A stretch of DNA of 64,000 nt. It comes from a candidate division WWE3 bacterium (GTDB taxonomy: Bacteria; Patescibacteriota; WWE3; JAUXAW01). Both the position numbers and the translations under genes were made by a program. The stretch is from NCBI GenBank assembly GCA_030619715.1, contig JAUXAW010000002.1, positions 1,221 through 65,220 of the forward strand. The letters are read 5' to 3'. Under the pieces are notes generated by a model that worked only from the letters and a program-made list of their open reading frames with translations, was not told the origin of the DNA and ran no database searches. This document shows, in pieces, positions 44,123 to 53,608 of this stretch; position 1 is the first letter of the stretch, and each line of letters opens with the position of its first letter.

Positions 44123-44932
44123 CTAAACCGCGAGGTCTCTTTTTTGGAAGCGGAAAAGACCGATTACGATACAAACCAGACTTACTCCCAAAAACACCCC
44201 AATTGTCAGGGGTTCGATTTTACCTTCAATCAGCGCCGCGTTGTAGTCATAATAATGAAAAAAGGACAAGTATTTTAGGTTTTCCAAATTTTCTTTTAAA
44301 GCGGCGGCAATGTTTAAGGCATACATCATCAGCAAAATTCCACCTGTTAGTGAAGCAACCTTACCTCTTTCGGAGAAAAAGCTGGAAAACATCATCGTTA
44401 AGCTTAAAATCGTCAGGCCAAAGAGTCCTCCCAACACCGCCATTGTCAAGTTGTGTTTGAAGGAAGCATCAACATTGTAGATTTGGGCAAAGGGAAGAAC
44501 CGGAAAGACAGAAAGCAAAGTAAAAATCGAAAGAAGTAAAAGTCCGGCAAAATATTTTGCGAAAAAAACTTTAAAGCGGGAGAGGGGTTGGGAAAGAAGA
44601 ATTTCAATCGTTCCCTTTTCAATTTCACCAGCGACGGCGGTACTGCCAAAAGAAATAAGAAGGGCGATCAAAAGAAGTGGCCACATCAAACTGTAATGCT
44701 CAACCGCCAAAAACGACTCTAGGCGTGAAAAAATCATCATATTTTTATCGACACCAAAAGCTTTCAAGAAAGCCTCGGGATAATTTTCCATTAACTCCGA
44801 AAACTGCTCCGCCCCCTTGGCAATAGTGGGGAAAAAGGCGACAAACATCCACAGCAGCACTACCCCAATCACAATGTAAGCCAGAAGGGTCTTTCTTTGA
44901 TCTTTAATTGTTCTTTTTATTAGTGTGAGCAT
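44123..44932 (-). CDS. ABC-2 type transporter permease
   Basis: 6 TM helices. Immediately downstream of the ABC ATPase on the same strand. Confidence 0.7.
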   Translation of the reverse strand: MLTLIKRTIKDQRKTLLAYIVIGVVLLWMFVAFFPTIAKGAEQFSELMENYPEAFLKAFGVDKNMMIFSRLESFLAVEHYSLMWPLLLIALLISFGSTAVAGEIEKGTIEILLSQPLSRFKVFFAKYFAGLLLLSIFTLLSVFPVLPFAQIYNVDASFKHNLTMAVLGGLFGLTILSLTMMFSSFFSERGKVASLTGGILLMMYALNIAAALKENLENLKYLSFFHYYDYNAALIEGKIEPLTIGVFLGVSLVCIVIGLFRFQKRDLAV

Positions 44933-44938
44933 TTTTGC

Positions 44939-45640
44939 CTACTTGTAGAATCCCAGAAATATTTCCTCGAGTCGGGAGCGGGGAAGTTTCTTTCTTCTTT
45001 CTTCGGGAATACTCTCGATGGCAACAATCTTGCCATTTTTAATAATGCAGACGCGGTCGCAAAGCCGTTCCACCTCAAAAAGATTATGCGAAGACATAAA
45101 GATAGTGTTTCCTTTCTGCGCTTCTGATTGGAGAATCTCGTAAATGGTCTGTTGGAGGAGGGGATCGAGGCCGGTGGTTGGTTCGTCTAAGATGAGAATT
45201 TTTGGTTGGTGCATCAGCGCCAGAATTAATCCCAATTTTTGTTTATTTCCCAAAGATAGCTTTTTGACTTTCTTTTGGGGATTAAAATCAAGTTTGGCAA
45301 TCAGGTCAGATTCGTCGATGCCGCCGCCTCTTATTTTTTTGACAAGATTGATGTGCTCTTGACCGGTCCAGTTGTGATAGAGATTAACCTCTTCGGATAA
45401 AAAGCCGATGTCACCTTTTAGTTTCGGGGAGTCAGTTTGGGCATCAAGACCCAGAATCTCGATGGTACCTTCGTCGGGACGCAAAAAATCCATCATACAG
45501 CGAATGGTGGTCGTTTTTCCGGCCCCATTTGGACCCAGAAACCCGAAAATCTCACCTTTTTTCACCTCAAACGAAATCCCATCCACAGCCTTAGTTTGAC
45601 CAAAATATTTTTTTAGATTGTCGATCTGGATAACACTCAT
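44939..45640 (-). CDS. ABC transporter ATP-binding protein
   Basis: Start at ATG 45640 (MSVIQIDNL...). Walker A GPNGAGKTT. Signature LSLGNKQKL. Walker B ILILDEPTTGLD. Confidence 0.85.
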   Translation of the reverse strand: MSVIQIDNLKKYFGQTKAVDGISFEVKKGEIFGFLGPNGAGKTTTIRCMMDFLRPDEGTIEILGLDAQTDSPKLKGDIGFLSEEVNLYHNWTGQEHINLVKKIRGGGIDESDLIAKLDFNPQKKVKKLSLGNKQKLGLILALMHQPKILILDEPTTGLDPLLQQTIYEILQSEAQKGNTIFMSSHNLFEVERLCDRVCIIKNGKIVAIESIPEERRKKLPRSRLEEIFLGFYK

Positions 45641-45826
45641 CTTCTCAATACTACCATAATGAGGGTTTACTTTTCTTGTCCTTCGTGTTAGAATGTGACC
45701 CGTTGTCTGTGTTTGTGAGGTTTTCTTTCGACTCCGGCAAGGTTTCCAGCCCCTAAGGTCTCCGAAGAACTCCCGCATTAGATGTTTTTAATTTTTCAAA
45801 CAAAGTTTGAGAGGTGGTGAAAGAAA

Positions 45827-46090
45827 GTGAATAAGAAATTGTATGTTGGCAATCTTGATTACAGCGTTACCGATGATCAATTGACAGAACTGTTTTCTCA
45901 GGCGGGTAAAGTAGAAAGCGCGGTGGTGATTATCGACCGCGCCACCGGCCGGTCAAAGGGATTTGGTTTTGTCGAAATGGGTAGCGAGAAAGAAGCAGAA
46001 GAAGCAATTAAGACGTGTAACGAAAAAGAGCTCCAGGGGAGAAATATCGTCGTCAATGAGGCTCGGCCGATGCGGTCCAGAGAGTTCTAG
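45827..46090 (+). CDS. RRM-type RNA-binding protein
   Basis: RNP2 LYVGNL and RNP1 KGFGFVEM motifs. 87 aa. GTG start. Confidence 0.85.
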   Translation: MNKKLYVGNLDYSVTDDQLTELFSQAGKVESAVVIIDRATGRSKGFGFVEMGSEKEAEEAIKTCNEKELQGRNIVVNEARPMRSREF

Positions 46091-46322
46091 CACCGATTAT
46101 CTCAACAAGCCCGTAAGTTTGTGATGCCCCCCCCAGCGGTCCTGTGGTGGAGGCTTCGCTGCTGCATTAGCAAGGCAAGGCCTTGCTAACCTTCTTCAAA
46201 CGCCCCCAACTTATAGAATTTGACTTTTGATTTCCTTTTGTGGTATACTCTGGGTTGTCGTTTCGCCGGAGGGAGTAGAGTTTTGCTCTTTCCAATAATA
46301 AATAAGTAGAAAGGAGAGGATT

Positions 46323-47429
46323 ATGACTACCGAGGGGACTACCTTGAGTGTCATCAAGGCCGACGTTGGTGGCTTCGTTGGGCACTCGAGTATGCACGAG
46401 GCCTTGCTGGAGGAGGCAAAGGAGTGTTTGGGAGACGCTGAGCAGAGGGGGCTGCTCATTGACTTCCATGTCACTCGCTGTGGCGACGATCTGGAGCTGA
46501 TTATGAGCCACAGGCGGGGGGTGGCCAACACCGAGATTCATGGGCTGGCTTGGAGCACTTTTGAGGAGTGTACCGCGGTGGCCGAGGGTCTCAATCTCTA
46601 CAGTTCTGGCCAGGATCTAATCCGAGCACCCTCCCCAGGCGGACTCATAAGAGGAGCGGGTCCTGGTGTGGCGGAGATGGAGTTGGTCGAAAGGAAGGGG
46701 GAAACGGTGATCGTCTTGATGGCCGACAAAACATCAGCGGGAGCATGGAATCTGCCCCTCTACAAGATGTTTGCCGATCCCTTTAACACGGCGGGGTTGG
46801 TCATAGCGCCTGGAATGCACGAAGGTTTCTGGTTCGAGGTGCACGATGTCAAAGAGCATAAGAAGATTGTCTTTGAGACACCCGAGGACATCTATGATTT
46901 GTTGCTCTTCATCGGGGCGCCGGGGCGCTATCTGATCAAAGCGGTCTACTGCAAGGTGGGCAAGGAAATCGCGGCCGTTTCCTCGACAGAACGTTTGAGC
47001 CTGATTGCCGGCCGGAATGTAGGTAAGGATGATCCTGTATGCATTGTTCGATGTCAGGAACAATTCCCCGCTGTGGGCGAAGTGTTGGAGCCCTTTAGTT
47101 GGCCTTACCTCGTTCAGGGCTTTATGCGGGGTTCTCACTGGGGACCCTTGATGCCGGTGGCTGTTCGCGAGAGTAACCCCACCCGCTTTGATGGCCCCCC
47201 ACGAGCGGTAGCATTGGGCTTCCAGCTTTCCAACGGACGGTTGATCGGGCCACGGGACATGTTTGATGATCCCAGCTTCGACGAAGCACGCCACATGTGC
47301 AACACTGTTGCTGATTACCTACGCCGGCACGGCCCTTTCGAGCCCCATCGTCTCCCTCTAGGCGAGATGGAGTATACCACCCTGCCTCTGGTAATGGAGG
47401 GTTTGAAGGGAAGGTGGGAAGACTTGTAG
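46323..47429 (+). CDS. fbp: fructose-1,6-bisphosphate aldolase/phosphatase (class V, archaeal-type bifunctional)
   Basis: N-terminus MTTEGTTLSVIKADVGGFVGH is the hallmark start of FBP aldolase/phosphatase. 368 aa. GC-rich. Confidence 0.8.
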   Translation: MTTEGTTLSVIKADVGGFVGHSSMHEALLEEAKECLGDAEQRGLLIDFHVTRCGDDLELIMSHRRGVANTEIHGLAWSTFEECTAVAEGLNLYSSGQDLIRAPSPGGLIRGAGPGVAEMELVERKGETVIVLMADKTSAGAWNLPLYKMFADPFNTAGLVIAPGMHEGFWFEVHDVKEHKKIVFETPEDIYDLLLFIGAPGRYLIKAVYCKVGKEIAAVSSTERLSLIAGRNVGKDDPVCIVRCQEQFPAVGEVLEPFSWPYLVQGFMRGSHWGPLMPVAVRESNPTRFDGPPRAVALGFQLSNGRLIGPRDMFDDPSFDEARHMCNTVADYLRRHGPFEPHRLPLGEMEYTTLPLVMEGLKGRWEDL

Positions 47430-47559
47430 GTTTTGAAAACCTACGAACACCCTTGAGGGTAGCAATACCTTCGGGGGTGTTTCTTTTTGCGGGCGGAAAA
47501 TTGAGGTGGGGGAATTTATCTTCTTGACTTTCGGGTTTTGTTTGGATTAAGATAGATGT

Positions 47560-48645
47560 ATGGATCTCTATCAGAAGATTTCGGTTTTGGGACCGGGTGC
47601 GCGGTACGACACCTGCGGCCCCAAGGATTTTGGAAAGACGACGAACATTCCCGGTGTTTATCATGCCAAAGTTGGCGGCAGCCGGATTTGCCGACTTTTT
47701 AAGGTTTTGCAAACTAACAGCTGCGTTAATAATTGCCGCTACTGCGCCTTTCGCCGCGACCGCGATTGTGAGAGAACCTCTGCTAGCCCAGACGAAATGG
47801 CTCGCGCCTTCGACTCAGCCCACTCCCGCCGGCTGGTTGATGGTTTGTTCCTTTCCTCAGGCATCGCCCAAAGCCCGGAAACAACAATGACGCGGATGCT
47901 GGACACCGCCCGAATCTTGCGAGAAAAATATCACTACCGCGGTTATTTGCATCTGAAGATTATGCCCGGCGTTTCAGCTAGCTGTATCCAAGAGTCGTTG
48001 AAATTAGCCAACCGCATTTCGTTGAACATCGAGTCGCCGACGGAATCGGAATTGACGACGCTGGCGCCGGACAAGGATTTGAAAAAAGGGTTTTTCTACA
48101 CCCTGTCTGTGATTAAGAGAGAATTGAGTAAATTTTGTTGGGTGGGGAAAAAGGTGCCGAGCTTGACGACGCAGTTTGTCGTCGGCGCCGGGGAGGAAAA
48201 AGATCGCGATATCATTCAAAGCACCCATTTTCTTTATAAAAATTTTGGCCTTAAGCGAGTTTTTTATTCGGCCTTTCGACCCGTTCCCGGAACACCTTTG
48301 GAGCAGAGGCCAGGGGCCTCTCTTGTTCGCGAGCATCGTTTGTACCAGGCCGATTTTCTGATGCGCTTCTATCGTTTTTTGCCGCAGGAAATTCCGTTGG
48401 ACGAAGGTGGTTTCCTGTCCGAAGTCAGCGACCCAAAAATGCTCTGGGCGCAAAACCACCCCGAACTTTTTCCGATTAACCTAAATACCGCCGGCTATTG
48501 GCAACTGCTTAAAGTTCCCGGCATCGGTCCCGTCTCGGCTAAGAAAATTATCAAGATCAGAGGGGAGAGTCGCCTCCGAGATTTTTCCCAACTCTCCGGC
48601 TCCCGCCTCCAACTCCAAAAACTTTCCGCCTTTGCTTGTTTGTGA
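47560..48645 (+). CDS. radical SAM protein, putative DNA modification/repair (TIGR03916-like) with C-terminal HhH
   Basis: CVNNCRYC (Cx3Cx2C). C-terminal LNTAGYWQLLKVPGIGPVSAKKII helix-hairpin-helix. Confidence 0.7.
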   Translation: MDLYQKISVLGPGARYDTCGPKDFGKTTNIPGVYHAKVGGSRICRLFKVLQTNSCVNNCRYCAFRRDRDCERTSASPDEMARAFDSAHSRRLVDGLFLSSGIAQSPETTMTRMLDTARILREKYHYRGYLHLKIMPGVSASCIQESLKLANRISLNIESPTESELTTLAPDKDLKKGFFYTLSVIKRELSKFCWVGKKVPSLTTQFVVGAGEEKDRDIIQSTHFLYKNFGLKRVFYSAFRPVPGTPLEQRPGASLVREHRLYQADFLMRFYRFLPQEIPLDEGGFLSEVSDPKMLWAQNHPELFPINLNTAGYWQLLKVPGIGPVSAKKIIKIRGESRLRDFSQLSGSRLQLQKLSAFACL

Positions 48646-48673
48646 CTCTCTGCCCCTTGACTTTCTACCCAGG

Positions 48674-48695
48674 AAATTATAGTATTGTTTATGTA
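48674..48695 (+). promoter_or_regulatory. shared promoter motif aaattatagtattgtttatgta (also 61941-61962)
   Basis: Identical 22-mer upstream of two unrelated small membrane-protein genes. TTGACT sits 17 nt upstream of TATAGT at the first copy. Confidence 0.45.
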
Positions 48696-48754
48696 GCACA
48701 TTGCTGAGAGGATCAACTGCCCGCAAAATTTTAGATTAGAAGGGAGATGAGGCG

Positions 48755-49072
48755 ATGAGAAAGAGACTTAAAAAGAGTGACTGGCGGTTTTGGGCTCTCC
48801 TTGTGCTGGGGCTCGGGACATGTGTGGTGATGGCGTGGAAGCTTATGCCTCTCAGTGTTGGAGAGTTTACCTTCGTCATTCTGATGACCATCCTAGGGAC
48901 AGCCGGTTACTGCTGGCTCCAAGTGAGAGAGGAGGAGGAAATGAACTGCAGACAAGCGGGGTCTGGTTGGGAGACCTTTCTTGTGGTCGGGGCTATTCTC
49001 ATAGTGGGGATAATCGTCGCCGCCGTGTTGGTTGCGGTCTACGGACCGGAGATTCTTGGTCCGACCATGTGA
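48755..49072 (+). CDS. small membrane protein (3 TM)
   Basis: 105-aa hydrophobic ORF with SD aagggagatgaggcgATG. Confidence 0.45.
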   Translation: MRKRLKKSDWRFWALLVLGLGTCVVMAWKLMPLSVGEFTFVILMTILGTAGYCWLQVREEEEMNCRQAGSGWETFLVVGAILIVGIIVAAVLVAVYGPEILGPTM

Positions 49073-49213
49073 GTCTCGATCAGCAAAAGCCGCTCCGGAG
49101 GAATCCAATGGAGGAATTCTTCGGGCGGCTTTTCTTCTTTTTGCCCCCCCTTCGACGAGCTCCCGCCAGAGGCGGGCAGGCAGGGCAAGCTTTTTCTGTG
49201 CTAGAATTGGGGC

Positions 49214-49552
49214 ATGGAGAAATTCTTTCACAAAAAGCTAGTTCGGGATAAACTTCCCGAAATTATCAAGGCCACTGGTGAGGAAGGTGAAGTTAGGGTA
49301 ATGGGTAAGAGGGAGTTTGAAGGCGAACTCGAAAAGAAACTTGTTGAGGAGACAAAGGAGCTTTTGGGGGTACCGAGGAAAGATCTACCAAAGGAAATGG
49401 CTGATGTTTTAGAGCTCCTCAAGTCGATAGCAGAACTTCACAAAATAGACTTCAAGTCAGTGGAAGAAAAGCAAATTGAGAAAAGAAAAGAGCGCGGCGG
49501 CTTTAAAAAGCGCCTTTTTCTTATTTGGTCCAGTCGAAAAGCAGGTGAGTAA
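49214..49552 (+). CDS. MazG-like nucleotide pyrophosphohydrolase (small all-alpha NTP-PPase)
   Basis: KLVRDKLPEII...EE..E..EL.. pattern of house-cleaning NTP pyrophosphatases. 112 aa. Confidence 0.65.
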   Translation: MEKFFHKKLVRDKLPEIIKATGEEGEVRVMGKREFEGELEKKLVEETKELLGVPRKDLPKEMADVLELLKSIAELHKIDFKSVEEKQIEKRKERGGFKKRLFLIWSSRKAGE

Positions 49553-49565
49553 TTAGCTTTTAAAG

Positions 49566-49748
49566 ATGAGGAAAATTGTTAGAGTAATTAGAGTAATTAT
49601 TGTTTCCATTTTTCTCCTCGCCGGATTTCTTGTGCTGGCGCGGCTTTTGGTCGGGGGAGGGGAGGATACTTGGATTTGCGTTGACGGAGAGTGGGTTAAA
49701 CATGGGGTTCCCTACGCTCCGATGCCGGAGAAGGGGTGTGGGATTTGA
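49566..49748 (+). CDS. small membrane-anchored protein (60 aa)
   Basis: N-terminal TM, then DGEWVKHG.PY.PMPEKGC. Confidence 0.4.
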   Translation: MRKIVRVIRVIIVSIFLLAGFLVLARLLVGGGEDTWICVDGEWVKHGVPYAPMPEKGCGI

Positions 49749-49784
49749 CAACCGAGAATTTTTTGTTTACCTTTAAATTCGAAG

Positions 49785-50006
49785 ATGTTTAAAGATAAAA
49801 AACCCTTGATAATTGGTGGAGCCCTGCTGGGCGTTCTTCTTATTGCCGGTGGGGGCTTTTTCTTTTGGCGTCAGCGGAAGCCGGCCGTTGTTCCGGAGGA
49901 AGAGACGCGGACGGAAAGAAGCGAACCTCTGGTCGTCCCACCTTCGGCCGAAGAGATGCCCTACGAAACCTATCAAACCATAGATGGTAGCTTTTGTAAG
50001 GAGTAG
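49785..50006 (+). CDS. small membrane-anchored protein (73 aa)
   Basis: N-terminal TM (LIIGGALLGVLLIAGGGFFFW), acidic tail. Confidence 0.4.
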   Translation: MFKDKKPLIIGGALLGVLLIAGGGFFFWRQRKPAVVPEEETRTERSEPLVVPPSAEEMPYETYQTIDGSFCKE

Positions 50007-50172
50007 TAGTAGCCTCCCAAAAAGAAAATTTCCAGAAGAAAAAAGTAGCCAATTATGGCCAGTTCGATTTTGTTTTCGGTAGCAAAAGATTTGAGTAAAT
50101 TTTTAAGGTCGGTATTTTTTGGCAGGACGATCATTGTGTAGATAAATTGTAACACATGTGGTATAATACCAA

Positions 50173-51093
50173 ATGATGGCTGAAGAGAAAGAAACAAAAG
50201 AGAATGCCAACAAGTGGTTGGTGGTGGTCGGTTTGATTATGACCGGTCTGTTGATCGGTGGGGGACTGGTTTTTGCCGGCTACAAGTTGACCCAGCAAAA
50301 GGTTCCCGAAGCAGCACCAACACTGCCTGTTGAAAGGCCTGAAGTTGAGGAGGCAACTCCTTCGCCGGCCCCGGCCGCCCCGGTCGAAACGCTCCCCGGA
50401 AATTGCGATGACGAATGTGTTGCCCAAGGATTTGTGTCGGGCTACTGCGGTTCGGCGGCTGTCTATCCCGGTGAGGAACCGTGCGAGTCCGGTGAGACAA
50501 ACATCGGTTGGACAAAGGACTGCCAGATTCCCGAAGGTTTAATTGGGGTACAGAAGGGGTGTTGCTGTGTCCCCGATGGGGAATCCGCCTCTGGCGGACC
50601 GACGGCCGACTGGGAGATCTACACCAACACCGATTACGGTTATCAATTCAAGCATCCCGCCGGCTGGATTTTTACCGCCCGGATGGTAGCGACCGATCCT
50701 TCCAAGCCTCTCTACGTAATTCGTCAAGAGGTTCAGAGTAATAATATTGATGATTATCTGGTCTCGGTTAGGGCTTGGGACAACCCCGATGGGCTTTCTT
50801 TAGCTGATTGGATTCAGTTTATGAAGGACTCCAATGCTTTTGCGACGCCGACGGAGGATATGGACACGACGGCCAACACCGAGGTTGGTGGGGAGCAAGC
50901 GCTGCAGTTTTGGAGCGACCCTTTATCTGGTGGTCAGGAACCGGGGGAGTGCTTCCAGGCCTGTCCGGTTTTAAGTGTCTATTTTGTCCACGGGGACAAG
51001 GCCTATGCGGTTGAACTTAATTATATGCGCGAGTTTGACGAAGATAGCTTCATCCTCTTCTCCCAAATCCTTTCCACTTTTGAGTTCCTCTAA
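50173..51093 (+). CDS. membrane-anchored Cys-rich secreted protein with conserved C-terminal ...ILSTFEFL domain
   Basis: TM. 10-Cys module (NCDDECVAQGFVSGYCG...CCCVPDG). C-terminal domain is paralogous to 17141-18091. Confidence 0.55.
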   Translation: MMAEEKETKENANKWLVVVGLIMTGLLIGGGLVFAGYKLTQQKVPEAAPTLPVERPEVEEATPSPAPAAPVETLPGNCDDECVAQGFVSGYCGSAAVYPGEEPCESGETNIGWTKDCQIPEGLIGVQKGCCCVPDGESASGGPTADWEIYTNTDYGYQFKHPAGWIFTARMVATDPSKPLYVIRQEVQSNNIDDYLVSVRAWDNPDGLSLADWIQFMKDSNAFATPTEDMDTTANTEVGGEQALQFWSDPLSGGQEPGECFQACPVLSVYFVHGDKAYAVELNYMREFDEDSFILFSQILSTFEFL

Positions 51094-51133
51094 CCATTTT
51101 ACCCGCCTAAATTTCGAAAATTATGGCGGGTTG

Positions 51134-51236
51134 ACAACCCTCCAAGTTAGTGCTATAAGGACACTGCAAGGGGAGACTTTTTCTATCCGCTGGAGCGTTT
51201 TGCTCCGTTTAGTATCTCAAAATAAGGAGGAGAGGG
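51134..51236 (+). promoter_or_regulatory. promoter (TTGACA-17-TATAAG) plus conserved about 80-nt leader with GGAGC/GCTCC hairpin and SD AAGGAGGAGAG; copy 1
   Basis: Aligned by eye with 52080-52183. Conserved blocks tgcaaggRgagWcttt, tggagcNtttYgctcc, atctcaaaataaggaggagag. Confidence 0.5.
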
Positions 51237-51902
51237 ATGCAAAAGAACAGTCTTATCAAAAGGTACTTTCTGCGGTACATAACCTCAATTTTCGCAGTAT
51301 GCTTCCTAAGCTTGGTTGTGGCAGCATCAGCCGTTGCGGTTGGGGTGTACAGACTTTCCCCGGATCGATTAGACTTAGCTCCCTTATCCATGGTTGGGGT
51401 GGCGGGGTTAACGCTGATACTGACGATCCTGCACGTTGTGGTCGCTAGACTCCTCGTCAACTACAACCTCAAGGAGTCGGGGCTCTACTTCCGGGTCAAG
51501 GATGGGAAGGTCGACGCGGCCAACCCCCAGTGGGGGAAGGATGGGGTTTGGGTCAGCTTGCCTCGGACCGACCAGCCGCACGAGATTGGGTTTCCTCGTT
51601 ACGAGGTTCCCATCTGGAGCGAACCCATAGTCCTGAAGGTCTTTTTCAGGGATGTGTTTAATCCCCAGGAGGTGTACGAGAAGGTCTTCGCCGTTGGGTA
51701 TGGTAGCTTCGATCTCTGGTTGCGAGATAGGTTTCTTGCAGCAGTAGCGGGCTCTCCAGTTCAGGATGCGCTCCGCCTCACTCGCCAGCGCTCGTCGGAT
51801 GAGTTGGAGAAGGCGTTGCTTGGATTGGAATTCTCCGGCGGCCTGGAAAATATCGGCTATGTTGAGGCCACCGCTACCACGAGTGTGACGGTCCGCTTCT
51901 AG
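51237..51902 (+). CDS. membrane protein, paralog A (2-3 N-terminal TM + conserved soluble domain with SLPRTDQP motif)
   Basis: 221 aa. Shares NP.WGK....SLPRTDQP.E......P....P.V.LKVFF...F.P.EVY with 52184-52909. Confidence 0.55.
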   Translation: MQKNSLIKRYFLRYITSIFAVCFLSLVVAASAVAVGVYRLSPDRLDLAPLSMVGVAGLTLILTILHVVVARLLVNYNLKESGLYFRVKDGKVDAANPQWGKDGVWVSLPRTDQPHEIGFPRYEVPIWSEPIVLKVFFRDVFNPQEVYEKVFAVGYGSFDLWLRDRFLAAVAGSPVQDALRLTRQRSSDELEKALLGLEFSGGLENIGYVEATATTSVTVRF

Positions 51903-51924
51903 CCACCGGAAGGTACCACGCCAA

Positions 51925-51975
51925 AAAGGGGCGTCGAGATTCTCTTTTTGAGACTTGAGACTCGACGCCTTCATT
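51925..51975 (+). terminator. conserved hairpin ggggcgtcgagattctctttttgagacttgagactcgacgcc (copy 1; copy 2 at 52925-52978)
   Basis: 9-bp outer stem ggcgtcgag/ctcgacgcc with T-rich interior. Both copies follow the paralogous genes. Confidence 0.5.
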
Positions 51976-52079
51976 CTTTTTTCCTCCTCTTCGATAATTC
52001 AATTCATCGAATTATTAGAATTCAGCCATCCGCCAGAGGCGGACAAGTTTAACAATTTAACCATTTAGCCATTTATCTT

Positions 52080-52183
52080 CTTGACAACCCCACAAACTAG
52101 TGCTATAAGGGTATTGTTGCAAGGAGAGTCTTTAAGCCAATGGAGCTTTCGCTCCACATCTCAAAATAAGGAGGAGAGAGAAA
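52080..52183 (+). promoter_or_regulatory. promoter plus conserved leader, copy 2
   Basis: TTGACA-17-TATAAG. Hairpin tggagctttcgctcca. Identical SD block atctcaaaataaggaggagag. Confidence 0.5.
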
Positions 52184-52909
52184 ATGAAAAACAGAATATT
52201 CGATTGGGGCAAAAGGTACTTTCTGATAACGGCTAAGGCTCAGGGCGGTTCTTTTAGGATGGGCTTCCTCATTGGCTTGCTATTGTTCGCGATCACCGGG
52301 TTCGCGACGATAACCTTGCAGCTCGCAGGTCACGACATCGGTCCCGGTGTAGCGTTCAGCTGTCTCGGGTCCGCTCTGGTGCTAGGGATCGTGAATACCC
52401 GCGTCGTTGATCGCTACATCTGCTACAGCGAGGAGCCGGGGCTTTTCTTCCTGACCAACGGTGGGCCCATCCGTCTAGACGAAGAGGGAAGAGCTATTGG
52501 GGCAAACCCGCTGTGGGGGAAGGGGCTTTTCATCAGTCTTCCCCGAACCGACCAGCCGTACGAGAAGCAGGTTCTCCGGAGGGATTTTCCTGAAACGAAA
52601 ATCCCCTTGGTAGTGTTGAGGGTCTTCTTCAAAGGAGAGTTTGATCCTCACGAAGTGTACCAAGGTATCTACAGATCCGGATTCGATCCCAGTAGCTTCA
52701 ACCGTTCGTTGTCGTCGGCGTTCCTGCACGCGGTGCGGAATGCCGGCGAGGAGGAGGTGTTTTATTCGCAGGCCTATGAGCTCCCTCCGGATGAGATAGA
52801 GGCAAAGCTGGGAAAAGTGCGTTCGCACTTCACCGCTTGGAGAGATTTCAGCAACATCGACCACATCGATCTTGAAGTCTCTCCGACTGTGACAATCAGC
52901 TTCAACTAA
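52184..52909 (+). CDS. membrane protein, paralog B
   Basis: 241 aa. See 51237-51902. Confidence 0.55.
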   Translation: MKNRIFDWGKRYFLITAKAQGGSFRMGFLIGLLLFAITGFATITLQLAGHDIGPGVAFSCLGSALVLGIVNTRVVDRYICYSEEPGLFFLTNGGPIRLDEEGRAIGANPLWGKGLFISLPRTDQPYEKQVLRRDFPETKIPLVVLRVFFKGEFDPHEVYQGIYRSGFDPSSFNRSLSSAFLHAVRNAGEEEVFYSQAYELPPDEIEAKLGKVRSHFTAWRDFSNIDHIDLEVSPTVTISFN

Positions 52910-53092
52910 CTTCTATCAGAAAGTACCAAACGCCGAGGGGCGTCGAGGTTCTCTTTTTGAGATTCAAGACTCGACGCCCTTCCACATCTTCTCGTTACTA
53001 CTGCCTATTCCCTAGTGCCTATTGCCTAGCGTTTGCTTTTTCCCCATTTTTGTGCTAAAAATAAGGCAAATACAGCCAAGGGAGAGGAGAGG

Positions 53093-53536
53093 GTGAAAAA
53101 AGCACAAGTTCTATTACTGTTGGCTGCGGCGCTCGTTCTGTGCGCGTGCGCACCAGCGGTGGCAGCACCGGAACCAACTCCCACACAGGAACCGGCCCCA
53201 ACACCAATCGGGACGCCGGATCCAAGGTGGGCGGTAATGTGTGTGGAATTGGAAGAAAATCTTGATGTGTGTTTTTTGGCACCGGACAAGATTAAAACCA
53301 ACCTGTTCACCGGCCCAGTCGTCAAAGTTAAACTCAATTTGGTCACTTTGGCGGGCGGAATCCGGACCCGCACCATTGAGGTAGGGGAGGTGCAGAAGGA
53401 AGAGATCGGCTACGAGACTTTCGTTCTCGAGATAACAAAAGACGTAACCAACTTTGATCGCGTCTTCGTCTACATCGTGATTGAGGGTCGAGAGTTTGAG
53501 TTCGGCTTTCCGATCGTGGAGTGTTCGCCGCAGTGA
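53093..53536 (+). CDS. secreted/lipoprotein-like hypothetical protein
   Basis: Probable GTG start after gggagaggagagg. Signal peptide KKAQVLLLLAAALVLCACAPAVAA. Pro/Thr-rich linker. Confidence 0.45.
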   Translation: MKKAQVLLLLAAALVLCACAPAVAAPEPTPTQEPAPTPIGTPDPRWAVMCVELEENLDVCFLAPDKIKTNLFTGPVVKVKLNLVTLAGGIRTRTIEVGEVQKEEIGYETFVLEITKDVTNFDRVFVYIVIEGREFEFGFPIVECSPQ

Positions 53537-53608
53537 GGCTAGGACCCTGAAAGTTCTAGCCTCCTTTCTTTTTAATTGTCCTCAAAAGTCTGATAAGATT
53601 AGGTTGAG

